A stretch of DNA of 57,067 nucleotides from a virus (IMGVR_UViG_3300005325_000006:1-57067); one strand, 5' to 3'; positions 19,791 to 30,530 are shown, counted from the stretch's first letter. Notes: generated by a model not told the origin, from the letters alone. Translations and numbers: made by a program.

Positions 19791-20192
19791 ATGATAGACC
19801 CATTACTTAATGCAAGAATAGCATCGACTATTGCTAAACTGAATGATGCTGAGAAAGATTTGGAATATTTTGAAAACCATCGTTCACCCGATCTAAAACC
19901 CAATACATTCACTCAAACGTTTACATGTGGTGTTTGTGGGGGGGTTGGATCATATGAGGTTAAAACGGGATGGTTCTCAAAAAATAAAGTTAGGTGTTCT
20001 TCTTGCGATGGAAAGGGGTTTTACTCTAAGGAAGTAACAGACTATCCTCCAATAGAATCACAATTCACTCATTCAAACAATTATTATACTGGGTTATTAA
20101 ATAGAGAGATGCACATTTCAGATTTGAAAACCGATCTGAAATACCTTTTGATTGAACAGGAAAAATTACAGGGTATGGTGAAAGATACTTGA
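19791..20192 (+). CDS. DnaJ-type zinc-finger protein
   Basis: CGVCGGVG...CSSCDGKG. Confidence 0.75.
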   Translation: MIDPLLNARIASTIAKLNDAEKDLEYFENHRSPDLKPNTFTQTFTCGVCGGVGSYEVKTGWFSKNKVRCSSCDGKGFYSKEVTDYPPIESQFTHSNNYYTGLLNREMHISDLKTDLKYLLIEQEKLQGMVKDT

Positions 20193-20425
20193 TGTTCTCT
20201 CCAGAAACTCTTTTTATCATCTCATGGGTCCTGTTCGTTATTGCCATTGCAGGAACGATCCTTAACATCAAGAAATCAGTTTATTGTTTCTATCTGTGGG
20301 GTGTATCGAACCTGTTATGGACGGGATATAATTGGTATATCGGAGAGATTGCATTAGCCGCGCAGTTTGCAATTAACCTGATCACATGCGCGTGGGGGGT
20401 TTACGAATGGAAGAGATCGAAATAA
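20189..20425 (+). CDS. PnuC-like small (3-TM) membrane protein
   Basis: GTILN...FYLWGVSN...GVYEWK pattern. Confidence 0.65.
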   Translation: MMFSPETLFIISWVLFVIAIAGTILNIKKSVYCFYLWGVSNLLWTGYNWYIGEIALAAQFAINLITCAWGVYEWKRSK

Positions 20426-20774
20426 ACGAGTTCCTGAAAGAACTGGCGGATCTCACCAATAAGTATAATATTGCTATTGGTGGGTGCGGGTGTTGCGGAT
20501 CACCGTTTCTCGCAAGTAACAATGTAGAGGAATACGGGTGGAGCAATTCAATTTATGCAGAGAAGTTGGATTATGATCCTGAAAGCAAAACATATTCTGT
20601 TGCGGATGATGATTAATGGCGAAAAGGAAACGAGAACCAAAAGTGAATCGGATAGATCAGAACTGCGAGCCGGTATCTGAGGCTGATTGTATGATGTGTA
20701 TGGTAATGAAAATATGTAAAAAAAGGAAAACGGTGATCTAAATTATCGATGAGATTCCAGTATTAAAATGCAAT

Positions 20775-21560
20775 TTGCCGCAACACGATAAAGTATATAT
20801 TTATCCGTTGTGCGACATCCATTTCGGGGATAGCGGATCGTTTGATGAGAAAAAGTTTAAAGGGTATCTTCAGTATATCGCAGACACACCGGAAGCATAC
20901 TGTATATTTAACGGCGATCTGATTAACTGCGGGCTGCCCGGGGGTGTTGGCGCGGAAGATTTCTGGGATCAGAACCCACTTACGCCTCAAGATCAAAACG
21001 ATTGTTTAGTGCGGATGGTGGAAAAATACAAAATAGAAGATAAGATTATTGCGATTGTGGGGGGCAGTAACCACCCGGGACGAGCAAAAAAACTCACCGG
21101 CCACAATTACGATCTTCAGTTCGCTAAAGATCTTGGTTTGTTAGATCGATATGTTGAACCGCTGGGGATGTTATTTCTGGGGGTTGGGCAACGCAAAGCA
21201 TCAACAAAAACGCACAAGAAAGGATCTTCAGTGTGGTACTCTATCATCATCACTCACGGGTGGGCCGGGGGAAGGCTTGCCGGGAGTTCGATTAATGCAA
21301 CCCGCGATCTCGGAGCCGTGTATGGTGCCGATTGTGTCATAACCTCTCACCGGCATTTAGATGCAGGGACGAAAGACGAGTTTTATTTCCCAGATTATCA
21401 TAACAAAAGCGTATCAAAGATCAAGAGGTTGTATGTCAGTGCCGGAACGTTTATGAAATACGCGCCGTATGCTATTAAAAAAGGACTGAGGCCGAACGGC
21501 ACGGGCACACCAAGGATACGGTTTGATGGGACAAAAAAGGACGTGCACGTAAGCATTTGA
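20775..21560 (+). CDS. Calcineurin-like metallophosphoesterase (start may be ATT 20742)
   Basis: DIHFG, GDLIN, GSNH, THGW, SHRH. Confidence 0.9.
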   Translation: MPQHDKVYIYPLCDIHFGDSGSFDEKKFKGYLQYIADTPEAYCIFNGDLINCGLPGGVGAEDFWDQNPLTPQDQNDCLVRMVEKYKIEDKIIAIVGGSNHPGRAKKLTGHNYDLQFAKDLGLLDRYVEPLGMLFLGVGQRKASTKTHKKGSSVWYSIIITHGWAGGRLAGSSINATRDLGAVYGADCVITSHRHLDAGTKDEFYFPDYHNKSVSKIKRLYVSAGTFMKYAPYAIKKGLRPNGTGTPRIRFDGTKKDVHVSI

Positions 21561-21952
21561 GGGGAAATAATGATTCTGACGGTCGAAAATCTGTTCGGGG
21601 CGCGTGACACAATCGAAGGGAAAACCGTGCGGGTAACACGGAAAGGGTTGTTTGTTGACAATATTTTGTGGCACCAACCCGGGGAAGAGATCCAGATCCT
21701 TGATATAACGGAGGAGAAATAAATGGATGATAAATACACATACCTTGGAACTGCGGCGGTATTGGGGTTCTTAAACAAACGCACCGGGCACGAATACACG
21801 CTGATGGTGAACGATGCGGGGGGGTTCCTGACAAATGAATCGACGAAAGAAAGCGAATGGTTTGATCAGATATCCGATATGAAAGATAAGTATCCGGACA
21901 TTGCACGGAAAACACAGAAGATGATGAAAGGGATATTGATTGAGGTTGGTGA

Positions 21953-22231
21953 TTGATGAGTATTACAGATCCGAAACTAAGCGAGATGGAAAAACAGTTG
22001 ATCTTACTTCTCCGCACTACGGCGGGGTGGAGCTGGCAGAACATAGCTGATGAGTTAAACAAACGGTTCTCCTGCTACAACAACGGAACCCGGCACCGGG
22101 ATACTGTGTACAAGTTCATGGTCCGTTACCGGAAAGAACAGCGGGCACAGATGATCGCAGAGTTACGCGCGCAGGGGTTCCCGGAAGATGAGATCGTTAT
22201 CAAAATGGCGGAAGAATATACGGATATATAA
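21953..22231 (+). CDS. HTH-like protein
   Basis: GWSWQNIADELN...RHRDTVYK. Confidence 0.55.
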   Translation: MMSITDPKLSEMEKQLILLLRTTAGWSWQNIADELNKRFSCYNNGTRHRDTVYKFMVRYRKEQRAQMIAELRAQGFPEDEIVIKMAEEYTDI

Positions 22232-22233
22232 TT

Positions 22234-23043
22234 ATGTCTGCACCGAAAGATCCAGAAAGATATAAAAAATGGATAGATAGTAAGAGCAAAGCACACAAAG
22301 GAAAAAAACTATCCGACGAAACCAAGAAAAAAATTAGAGATGCAACGAGTGGGGATAAAAACCCATGGTTTGGAAAAACCCATTCAGATGAAACAAAACA
22401 ACATCTTATTAAAATTAATAAAAATAAAGTAATGGACGAATCTGTAAAAGAAAAAATAAGGTGTTCTATGTTGGGAAGACCGAGCCCAATGCGTGGGCGA
22501 AAACAATCCGAATCGTCACGAAGAAAAATAAGTGATGCTATAAAAGAAAGATTTAAAGACAAGGACATTCGATTAAAATTAAGTATAAAGATGAAAGAAT
22601 TAAGAAACACCCCAGAAAATAAAGAAAAGGCAAAAAAAACAATGTGTAATAATTGGAAAAACAAAGAATTTATAAAACGAGTTCATGAAACCCACGATGG
22701 AGATAAAACCCATTTGTGGAAAGGGGGCATATCTTATGAACCATATTGTCCGAAGTTTACCAAAGAATTTAAAGAGCGGGTGCGCTCGTATTGGAATTAC
22801 GCATGTGTTGAATGTGGTAAGAAACAAGAGGATAATATAAAATCTCTTCACGTTCATCATGTAAACTTCCGGAAAGATGCGTGCTGTAATAAAAATGTTA
22901 TACCCCTTTTTGTTCCACTATGCAATAAATGTCACACTACCACAAATTTCAATCGCGAATTTTGGGAAGATTGGTTCACAGAAATAATCAATGAATTTTA
23001 TAATGGAAAGTGCTATTATAGTAAGGGAGAGGATCCTGCATGA
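22234..23043 (+). CDS. NUMOD3-repeat HNH homing endonuclease
   Basis: GKKLSDETKKKI, GKTHSDETK, GRKQSESSRRKI; CVECG...LHVHH...LCNKCH; AT-rich. Confidence 0.9.
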   Translation: MSAPKDPERYKKWIDSKSKAHKGKKLSDETKKKIRDATSGDKNPWFGKTHSDETKQHLIKINKNKVMDESVKEKIRCSMLGRPSPMRGRKQSESSRRKISDAIKERFKDKDIRLKLSIKMKELRNTPENKEKAKKTMCNNWKNKEFIKRVHETHDGDKTHLWKGGISYEPYCPKFTKEFKERVRSYWNYACVECGKKQEDNIKSLHVHHVNFRKDACCNKNVIPLFVPLCNKCHTTTNFNREFWEDWFTEIINEFYNGKCYYSKGEDPA

Positions 23044-23230
23044 GTGCTTGGGATAAGAACGGGGTGCCGTGTGGGCTGGAAAAAGAGGACGTAAAGACTT
23101 ATTTGGTTCAAGGGAGATGGGGAACTGAGAAGAAGATCATTAAAACGCACCGGTGCACCATTGAGTTTTGTCCGTATAAGAGCAGAATTTGTAAAGCGAA
23201 GATCGAGCATAACGTAGAATAAAAAAATAG

Positions 23231-24094
23231 TTATTCTTCTATTTGTTTTGTTAATACTATTGGAGAACCGGTCTCCCCTATTGGAACATAAATCGTTTTT
23301 GGATTGCTTTTCATTGTCTCGATCCAATACCACTGTAAATACTCTGGTGTTAAGGATTGTTTAATAATATCATTTGCTTTTGCAGTACCCTCTGCTTGGA
23401 CAATAACTCGTTTTGCCTCCATTTCTTGTTTGCGTACTTCCAACTCTTTTTCTGCAATCTCAGTATCCATTTTCATTTTATTTACAATGGCATTTTTATA
23501 AACATCCGGAAAGTCGATGTTACGGATAGATACCTGCTCAATAACAATGGAATCTCTAACCCCCATCTCGTTTATACGTTCCGAAATCCCAAGATATAAC
23601 TCGTTTTCCAATTTGGCACGATCCGATGCCCCGGTCTGTGACGCAGAATACAATGTTTTGGTATCATACTTTGAAATCATATCCCTTGGTACAGAATGGA
23701 TGGGATTTACCATAATAACGGATTGATAGTCTTCTCCTACGATTTTGTAAACTTCTGTTGCTTTATCCGGATTAATATGATAGTTGATTGCAATTCCCAT
23801 GGATGTAGATAGCCCATCATTAGATAATGCTGTGATAGTGGCCGTATCTGAATTTCCATAATCCATATATTTCTGTGTGCGCGTGCTCATTGAGATAACA
23901 TCTGTGAATGGCGATTTAATATGCAACCCTGGTTGAAATGTAGTGTCCTCCACAACCCCAAACGTGTTTTTAATTCCTACAGTACCTGCGGGAACAACAG
24001 CAATACATGTCATCCAAACTGCAATAATAGCAATTACTGCAAATATAATCGCAGGGATAACAACCCCCCAACAATTTCCTCTGTCAAAAGACAT
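23231..24094 (-). CDS. SPFH / prohibitin (band 7) membrane protein
   Basis: CAT at 24092-24094 gives MSFDRG on the minus strand (track says +); TM helix, PGLHIKSPF, IRNIDFP, AEGTAKAN; leaderless TATA at 24115-24130. Confidence 0.92.
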   Translation of the reverse strand: MSFDRGNCWGVVIPAIIFAVIAIIAVWMTCIAVVPAGTVGIKNTFGVVEDTTFQPGLHIKSPFTDVISMSTRTQKYMDYGNSDTATITALSNDGLSTSMGIAINYHINPDKATEVYKIVGEDYQSVIMVNPIHSVPRDMISKYDTKTLYSASQTGASDRAKLENELYLGISERINEMGVRDSIVIEQVSIRNIDFPDVYKNAIVNKMKMDTEIAEKELEVRKQEMEAKRVIVQAEGTAKANDIIKQSLTPEYLQWYWIETMKSNPKTIYVPIGETGSPIVLTKQIEE

Positions 24095-24313
24095 ATACTA
24101 CTAGATGTGTTGTGAGTATTTATTTCTTTCTCATCGTCGCACCCCCCACCAACACCATTGAGATCTGCCAACAGAACCGCAGGGTACTCAAAGGATTGGG
24201 GAGTTTTTTAAGAAACGGGCGTTATCAGTGATATCTTTATATATGTATCATATTTGAGTGATAATCTTTATTAACTCTTTTTAGAACTACTATATAAACC
24301 TATTCCTATAAGT

Positions 24314-25702
24314 ATGATTGTGAGTAATATTAATGCAGTAGTGCCTATTACGTTAGGCGCTATCTTTTTGCAAAAAGGTAAGGGGGCGCTTATAATTCCG
24401 GAAGGTGAATGGCAACCCCCCGACGCAGGAGATGCACCGGGGGAAATCAAATCTATTTTGCGTACAGTATACTCCGGGTGCCGTGACAAGAACCCGGCGG
24501 AGACTCCGGAAGCTAAACAGCAATGCGCGTCGATTGCGTGGGGGGCCGTCAAGAACGCCGGATGGAACAAGGATCCGGAGGGTAAATGGGTGAAAGAAGA
24601 AAAACAAACCAACATATCCGAAATTACCACAGAAACCGAAGATATTGTCTCATTTCATAATGTTGATATTCAACGTCTGGAGGTGTTCCATACAAATAAC
24701 GGTGTGCCCACGTTCTACCCAGAAAAATATTTCACCAATGTGTCGGATTGGGAGGGGATCCCTGTTGTATATCAACGCACCCCCCCAAAGGGGGGGCGTG
24801 GGAAACATATTGGATTTTGTGACGTAATTAAAAACGAGTTTGATCCTGCAAGCTATGTTAAAGTTGGTCGATTAACCAACGTCAGGTTAGCAGAACGCGG
24901 AGAACCTACTTTAACCGGAGAGATTGTTTTTAATAATCCGTCGTGCACACTTGCCGCAAAAGCAAGAGAGTTATCTATATCGACTGGGTTTTCCGCACCG
25001 ATTGAAAACTTGGATGATGGCCGAAAAACCATTGCCGGACAAGTTGCCCCGAATCATTTACTTTTATTTAAACGGGGTTCTTGCCCCAACTGTTATCCGA
25101 ATGACCCAGGGGCACGATTGTTAAATTTGATCGGTTCGGACAAACACGAGAACACCATCACCAAAGGAGATGATGAGATGGATGACGAAAGTAAGGGATA
25201 CCTGAAAACCATCGCTGAAGGAATCAAGAATATGATCACGATGGATAAGGCAACTCCCGATGCCTCAAAGAACGAGGAACAGAAAATGACCGAAATTAAA
25301 AATGAAGGTATGGACTACAAAGCTGCTTACGAGGAGCTTAAGGCCAAGTATGACGCCCTGATGAAAAAGCAGGGTGAAATGGAGAATATGACTAACCTTG
25401 TCGATCAGTACAAGAAAGCGAACGACGAGGCCAAGGTTGCGTTTGAGAATATCGCTAAGGAGAACGCCGATCTCAAGTGGATGATGGTAAAGAACATTCT
25501 CCCGCGGGGTTGGGTAGACACGCCGGAACACGAAGAGGCCACCCGCAAAGAGTATACGGATACCCCCCACGAGTTCGCGCAGAAACTTGCTAGGGTTGTC
25601 AACCAGACCCCCCCGGACAAACCGGCACAGGGCACGACTGTAGTTAACCAGGTTGCCGAAGAGAACAAAGACTGGGGGACCATCCCAGTCGGGAAGAAAT
25701 GA
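24314..25702 (+). CDS. Prohead protease/scaffold with N-terminal ChaB-like domain
   Basis: Precedes capsid genes; ELSISTGF, NHLLL; C-terminal coiled coil; AWGAVKNAGWNKDPEGKWVK. Confidence 0.75.
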   Translation: MIVSNINAVVPITLGAIFLQKGKGALIIPEGEWQPPDAGDAPGEIKSILRTVYSGCRDKNPAETPEAKQQCASIAWGAVKNAGWNKDPEGKWVKEEKQTNISEITTETEDIVSFHNVDIQRLEVFHTNNGVPTFYPEKYFTNVSDWEGIPVVYQRTPPKGGRGKHIGFCDVIKNEFDPASYVKVGRLTNVRLAERGEPTLTGEIVFNNPSCTLAAKARELSISTGFSAPIENLDDGRKTIAGQVAPNHLLLFKRGSCPNCYPNDPGARLLNLIGSDKHENTITKGDDEMDDESKGYLKTIAEGIKNMITMDKATPDASKNEEQKMTEIKNEGMDYKAAYEELKAKYDALMKKQGEMENMTNLVDQYKKANDEAKVAFENIAKENADLKWMMVKNILPRGWVDTPEHEEATRKEYTDTPHEFAQKLARVVNQTPPDKPAQGTTVVNQVAEENKDWGTIPVGKK

Positions 25703-25712
25703 GGTGATATAA

Positions 25713-26228
25713 ATGGCAGCAGAATTTGGTTTTGTAGCCCCGACGGGGCGCGTGTGTGCTAACCCTAGCAAGATCGCGTTCATCCGGGAATTTGAAGTTG
25801 AGACCGCCACCGGTATGTATGCCGGTCGGCTTGTGAAGCGCGGGTCTACCGACGCCGAGATCGTGGTTAACGACACTTCGGATAACTCAGCGGTTTATGG
25901 GTGGCTTGGATACGAGCAGGCGTCTATGGACGACAAGCCTGACACTCTGGCAACCGTTTGGACGGTTAACAAGAGCGCCCCGGTACTGAACGGTCACTGT
26001 ATGGTGATCCAGGCGGCACTTTGTGGTGGTGCTGCAAACAGTGTGGTTATCGGCAACAAGCTTGCTCCGGCGTCATATTATGGGTCTCTTGACAAGTTCC
26101 AAGCCCCTTCCGTGGGTGATGGATATATCAAGCATAGGAACGCGGTTGCGATCTCGCTCCAGACGCTTGATAAGAGCGCCGTTGCAAGGACTTCGACTTC
26201 TACGCTGTGGGTGCTTTCTCTTATCTAA
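25713..26228 (+). CDS. Capsid decoration/cement protein
   Basis: Position between scaffold and capsid; GAGGTGAT RBS. Confidence 0.6.
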   Translation: MAAEFGFVAPTGRVCANPSKIAFIREFEVETATGMYAGRLVKRGSTDAEIVVNDTSDNSAVYGWLGYEQASMDDKPDTLATVWTVNKSAPVLNGHCMVIQAALCGGAANSVVIGNKLAPASYYGSLDKFQAPSVGDGYIKHRNAVAISLQTLDKSAVARTSTSTLWVLSLI

Positions 26229-26241
26229 GGAGGTATAAAAA

Positions 26242-27117
26242 ATGTCAGACGGAATTTTTAAACAGATGAGCCGCAAGGTGGTAGAAGGGATCAACGAACC
26301 CCTCCGGGAAACAATGATCGCCCGCAACCTGATGTATTTTGATACTAGGTATAAAGGACTTGGTGTCAGTAATATTCAGTCGCCTAAATACACCGACATG
26401 AAAGCGGCGGAGATCATGTATCGGATGCCCGATGGCACGCTGCCACGGGACAAAGTAGCTCCGAGCATGGACGAAACCAGGATCGTTACGCTGGTTGACG
26501 GATTCGAGATCCCGCGCGATGAGTTCGAGGCGTTCAAGGATAAAGGTATTATGATGGATACCGCCAATGCACTTTCAGCGTCCGAGAAAGTGATCCAGCG
26601 CGAAAACGATTTCCTGCTTAACGGCTGGAAACGTGACGGTTCCGCATACGAGATCTCCGGGCTCTCTGAAGGCGAAGGAACTAACGAACTTACCAGCAAG
26701 GATTTCGACACTAACGGGAATGCATACGATAAAGTAGCACTCGCAAAGGCAGCCCTGTTTGCAGCCGGCGTAAGTGCAACTTCGTTCCATCTTGTTCTTA
26801 ACCCGACACAGTACGGGCAGCTTGACGGTAGCGTTTCTACTGCGGGTATTGAAGAGATGTTGCAGGTTAAACGCCAGCTCGGGCCGCGCGGTAACGTGTG
26901 GCAGTCTTCGGATTGTAGCGCATCGTTCGGCCTGCTTCTCCCGGACGATCCCGCGGGTAAGTATTTCCGCGCATACATGCCGCATCCGACGACTATCACT
27001 TTTGGGTATGATAGCATCGTAGGTCAGGACATTTCCCCGATCTATGGTACTGTCATGGAACGGATCGGTATCCACATCTCACGGAGCACGGCGATCTGTA
27101 AACTGTCTAACATCTGA
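26242..27117 (+). CDS. Major capsid protein (HK97/encapsulin-like)
   Basis: Size, position, ENDFLLNG and LVLNPTQY segments. Confidence 0.8.
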   Translation: MSDGIFKQMSRKVVEGINEPLRETMIARNLMYFDTRYKGLGVSNIQSPKYTDMKAAEIMYRMPDGTLPRDKVAPSMDETRIVTLVDGFEIPRDEFEAFKDKGIMMDTANALSASEKVIQRENDFLLNGWKRDGSAYEISGLSEGEGTNELTSKDFDTNGNAYDKVALAKAALFAAGVSATSFHLVLNPTQYGQLDGSVSTAGIEEMLQVKRQLGPRGNVWQSSDCSASFGLLLPDDPAGKYFRAYMPHPTTITFGYDSIVGQDISPIYGTVMERIGIHISRSTAICKLSNI

Positions 27118-27134
27118 TCAGGGCGTGGTATAAC

Positions 27135-27485
27135 ATGCCTAAACATTTTTATCAGATCACGGGCGGGGTGATGGCGTATAACGGCGAGGTTACTAAAGCC
27201 GGGGATATAGTGGAATGGACGGACGAACAGGCAGCGGCTTGGTATCCGGGGAAAGGATGGATTAAACAGATCGAGAACCCGAACCCAGCACCAAAACCCG
27301 AACCTGAAAAAACAGAGCCGGTATTACCGGTTATTGAATCCCCGATCATAGAACCAGAACCCGTTAAAGAGGTAGATCCAGAATATGCCGAGGAAAAACC
27401 CGAACCTGAAAAAACAGAGCCGGAGACAGAGGCAGAACCGGAAAAAGTGAGACCCGCGCGCACCCCTAAAAACAAACGGCGGTGA
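27135..27485 (+). CDS. Pro/Glu-rich virion-associated protein
   Basis: KPEPEKTEP duplicated at nucleotide level. Confidence 0.65.
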   Translation: MPKHFYQITGGVMAYNGEVTKAGDIVEWTDEQAAAWYPGKGWIKQIENPNPAPKPEPEKTEPVLPVIESPIIEPEPVKEVDPEYAEEKPEPEKTEPETEAEPEKVRPARTPKNKRR

Positions 27486-27490
27486 TCTGA

Positions 27491-28108
27491 ATGTCAGACC
27501 ATAATTTATCCCGTGTAGATTACGAGAACCGATTACTTACACAGGATGCCGTACGGAACGCTCTTGTACTTGGATATGGGTGTTTTGGGTCTTACACAAC
27601 CCGGGTTCATGGTGGAGTTGAAACCGCGTCCGGGCGCGTTAGGATTGTTATTGATTGCTCGCACAATCCGACATACAACACCGTTTCCAGTTATGCGGGA
27701 GCATTCAAACTTAAATTAGGTTTTGATGTCTCACAAAATTGCGTCTATACGCTTTATGAAGGGGCACACATCCCCGCGTTTACCGCCAACAAGGTAGACA
27801 CGCACAACTTCAACCGAATTATCGGAGACGCTGCATGTACTGACGTGTCGGTTAACGTGTTGGGGCAGTTTGCGGTAGCAACAGAGACGAGCGGCAACGT
27901 TATTTCAACATCGTTTATACACGCCCCTTCGGCATCAGGCGTTGGAGGGACGAAGACGGAATCTATCGGGAACCAAGGATCTGAATACTCGGTGATTTTG
28001 CATCCTCTCAAAAAATACCTGATTGATATCCAGAACACCACCGGCTCTACGAGTGTAACCAACTTTAATTTCAGGTTGGTGCAAGAGCCGAATATTCCAA
28101 CATCATAA
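27491..28108 (+). CDS. Putative structural protein
   Basis: GGTGAT RBS; within structural operon. Confidence 0.6.
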   Translation: MSDHNLSRVDYENRLLTQDAVRNALVLGYGCFGSYTTRVHGGVETASGRVRIVIDCSHNPTYNTVSSYAGAFKLKLGFDVSQNCVYTLYEGAHIPAFTANKVDTHNFNRIIGDAACTDVSVNVLGQFAVATETSGNVISTSFIHAPSASGVGGTKTESIGNQGSEYSVILHPLKKYLIDIQNTTGSTSVTNFNFRLVQEPNIPTS

Positions 28109-28161
28109 CACAACAAAAAATATTTTTAACTTTATTTAATAGCAAAGGTGGCTTAAAAACT

Positions 28162-28779
28162 ATGGCACGAATCCAGAAAAACAACGACGGAACAAGGACA
28201 GTATTCATTGAGAAAGACGGTAAAGAGATCCCGTGGAACGATTTCAAGGAATGTAACCCGCTCCATAAAGGCAACAACGAGAGCCGGACGGGTTTTTCTT
28301 GGAACCCGTATACTTCAGCAATGGGACGGCTGTTTCAGGAGACAGTTAAGAAATGGCTGATCGCCGGACTACGAAGGGTGCACGACAAAGAGATCCCGAA
28401 ATACGATCCGAACAAAACCCCGTATGTCTATGACGATCCCCGGCTGGCACTGCTCGATCAGGTGATGAAAGGGGCAGTGATTGAACATTTCCACGATAAC
28501 GACATTGCACGAAAACACGAAGTCCTCAATAATATGATCGACGTGTGTCTGTACATGTGCAAAGAAGATATATTCTATCGTGCGCGTTTGTTCAAGAGCT
28601 TTAAGAACCTCTCTGAAGCGTATCTGGCAGCGCCGGACATGTTTGATCTCACCGACTCGGAAGATTTCAATTACCAGAAGTTCCGCCTTGAGAACTGGGA
28701 AGATAACACCTTACACGAATGGACATTCCAGAAGTTCATGGAACAGAAACACGGGAAACCGGAAACTAAAACGGAGTAA
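28162..28779 (+). CDS. Hypothetical protein
   Basis: 205-aa ORF with RBS. Confidence 0.7.
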   Translation: MARIQKNNDGTRTVFIEKDGKEIPWNDFKECNPLHKGNNESRTGFSWNPYTSAMGRLFQETVKKWLIAGLRRVHDKEIPKYDPNKTPYVYDDPRLALLDQVMKGAVIEHFHDNDIARKHEVLNNMIDVCLYMCKEDIFYRARLFKSFKNLSEAYLAAPDMFDLTDSEDFNYQKFRLENWEDNTLHEWTFQKFMEQKHGKPETKTE

Positions 28780-28785
28780 GTTATT

Positions 28786-29286
28786 ATGGGCAGCGCGGCG
28801 GATGTATCAGCGAATGTAGAAGCAATTAGTACTTATACTATTGCTACAAGTGGCGGAACGATCACGATCTCAGTATTTAACACGTTTTACGCGCTTGCTA
28901 CCGATCAGGTTGAACTAGACGATCCCGGGTTTACATCAGACCAATACACCGAAGCGCAAGCCCTTTACGTTTGTCACCTTATCGCCCGCAAAAAAGGGCA
29001 AACGGGGAAAACATCTCTATCTATTGGGAAATATTCCTATTCTAAAATGCTTAAATCCGGTCTTACATCGTGGTTAGACGAATACCACGCACTGATCGAC
29101 CGTGTTAAAACCGGGGGAATGATTACCGTTACTGATCTTCTTGGTGACGACGGGCATGGGATCGACCATCTGGATTATACTGAGAGCCAGAAGGTCGGGT
29201 TAGATCAGGAACCTATACGGGGCGGTGTGAATGTGGATACTATTGATCCAAGCACCGATTCAGATTATTTTTATGGCGGTGATTAA
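28786..29286 (+). CDS. Head-tail adaptor
   Basis: AQALYVCHLI...SLSIGKYSYS pattern and position. Confidence 0.65.
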   Translation: MGSAADVSANVEAISTYTIATSGGTITISVFNTFYALATDQVELDDPGFTSDQYTEAQALYVCHLIARKKGQTGKTSLSIGKYSYSKMLKSGLTSWLDEYHALIDRVKTGGMITVTDLLGDDGHGIDHLDYTESQKVGLDQEPIRGGVNVDTIDPSTDSDYFYGGD

Positions 29287-29550
29287 ATGGGAGATATAGA
29301 ATACGTAGATAAAAACATCTGTATTTTACGGCATGAGGTGCAGGATACTAAACTTTCCTCTTTAGAAAAGGAACTTGCCGATAATAAAGAGAGGACGGAT
29401 ACTTGTTTCCAACTGTTCAATGACATCAAAGATCTCCAGATGAAAACCCTTTACGGGATTGTGATTATGGCAATCATGATTATCCTGATCCTTGTGGGTG
29501 TAATCGTTGGGAGGGGCGTTGATTTCGGATTGATTCTTGCAGGGGTATGA
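29287..29550 (+). CDS. Coiled-coil plus single-TM protein (holin-like)
   Basis: C-terminal hydrophobic helix. Confidence 0.5.
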   Translation: MGDIEYVDKNICILRHEVQDTKLSSLEKELADNKERTDTCFQLFNDIKDLQMKTLYGIVIMAIMIILILVGVIVGRGVDFGLILAGV

Positions 29551-29553
29551 TCA

Positions 29554-29892
29554 ATGGGCGAACTGGACGAGGTATTGAATCAACAGGTCACAATCGAGGG
29601 ATTCAACTCTATTAACGAATATGGAGATCCGAGCTACAATGCCGGGGTTGTGTATAATGCAATGGTTCAGCGCCGCGTTAAAATAGTTCGCACTTTCCGG
29701 GGGGAATCTCTTAATGGATCTGAGGCGGTAAGCACCTGCTCCGTACTAATGGATGGGACTGTGTCGGCAGTCCTTGATGCGTATGGGAGAGATCGTATTA
29801 CAATGCCCGATGGGACACAACCGCTCATACTGGCAATCGAAGATGGGATCGACGACACCGGAGAGACGATTTACGTGGAGGTGAGTACCTGA
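29554..29892 (+). CDS. Head closure protein
   Basis: NEYGDP, RDRITMPDG; position. Confidence 0.65.
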   Translation: MGELDEVLNQQVTIEGFNSINEYGDPSYNAGVVYNAMVQRRVKIVRTFRGESLNGSEAVSTCSVLMDGTVSAVLDAYGRDRITMPDGTQPLILAIEDGIDDTGETIYVEVST

Positions 29893-30530
29893 TGGTATCC
29901 AAATCTGATCAATGGGCCGGTGCGGTAGAGTATGACGAGTGGAGGTATGGTGACGATTGGCAAACCTCATCAAAAACCTATTTCAATTCGCCGGGCGCGG
30001 TAGAGAATTATCTGGATTGGGCCAACCTGTTAAAAGAAGGATCGCGGGGGACTTCTGATTATTCACCGTCAAACATCACCAAGATCCAGATTACGGGGAC
30101 AGAAGAGGTAATGAAAAACCTCTCGCGGATAGTAGCAAACTCGTATAGGAAAGCGGTTATCCGACTCCGTAAGAATGGGGAGAGAATCCTATCCGAATCT
30201 AAAGAAGAAGTCCCGTGGGAAATCACGTTCCTTCAAAAGACGGGGACCATAGAGGTTGTGCGGAACGGATCGTTTACCTCGAAATATTGGGAAGAGGGGA
30301 TGCCCGAAGTAGGTACAAAAACCGAGTCTTTAGAGGACACTGAAGACGATATGATCGTGATTGGGTATAATACACCCTACGCTGCACGGCAACATGAAGA
30401 TCTCACACTTCACCACCCGAAACCCGGACGTAAGGCAAAGTATCTGGAAGATCCCGCAATGAGGATCGCTCCTACAATTGCAGAAGATATTGCGACAGCA
30501 CTTAAAGCGGAACTGGGGGGATTGTTTTGA
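29892..30530 (+). CDS. HK97 gp10-like neck protein
   Basis: SKEEVP, GYNTPYAARQHE, AKYLEDP. Confidence 0.8.
   Translation: MVSKSDQWAGAVEYDEWRYGDDWQTSSKTYFNSPGAVENYLDWANLLKEGSRGTSDYSPSNITKIQITGTEEVMKNLSRIVANSYRKAVIRLRKNGERILSESKEEVPWEITFLQKTGTIEVVRNGSFTSKYWEEGMPEVGTKTESLEDTEDDMIVIGYNTPYAARQHEDLTLHHPKPGRKAKYLEDPAMRIAPTIAEDIATALKAELGGLF

Noticed and set aside
23231-24094. Plus-strand label in the ORF track (also 6306..6587 and 6457..6660)
   Set aside because: The translations given come from the reverse complement; the two short ones are probably shadows of the plus-strand gene ending at 6657
24776-24803. C7-AAA-G7 hairpin in the protease gene as a second BHB intron
   Set aside because: No exon helix, and the implied 23-nt excision would break an intact frame
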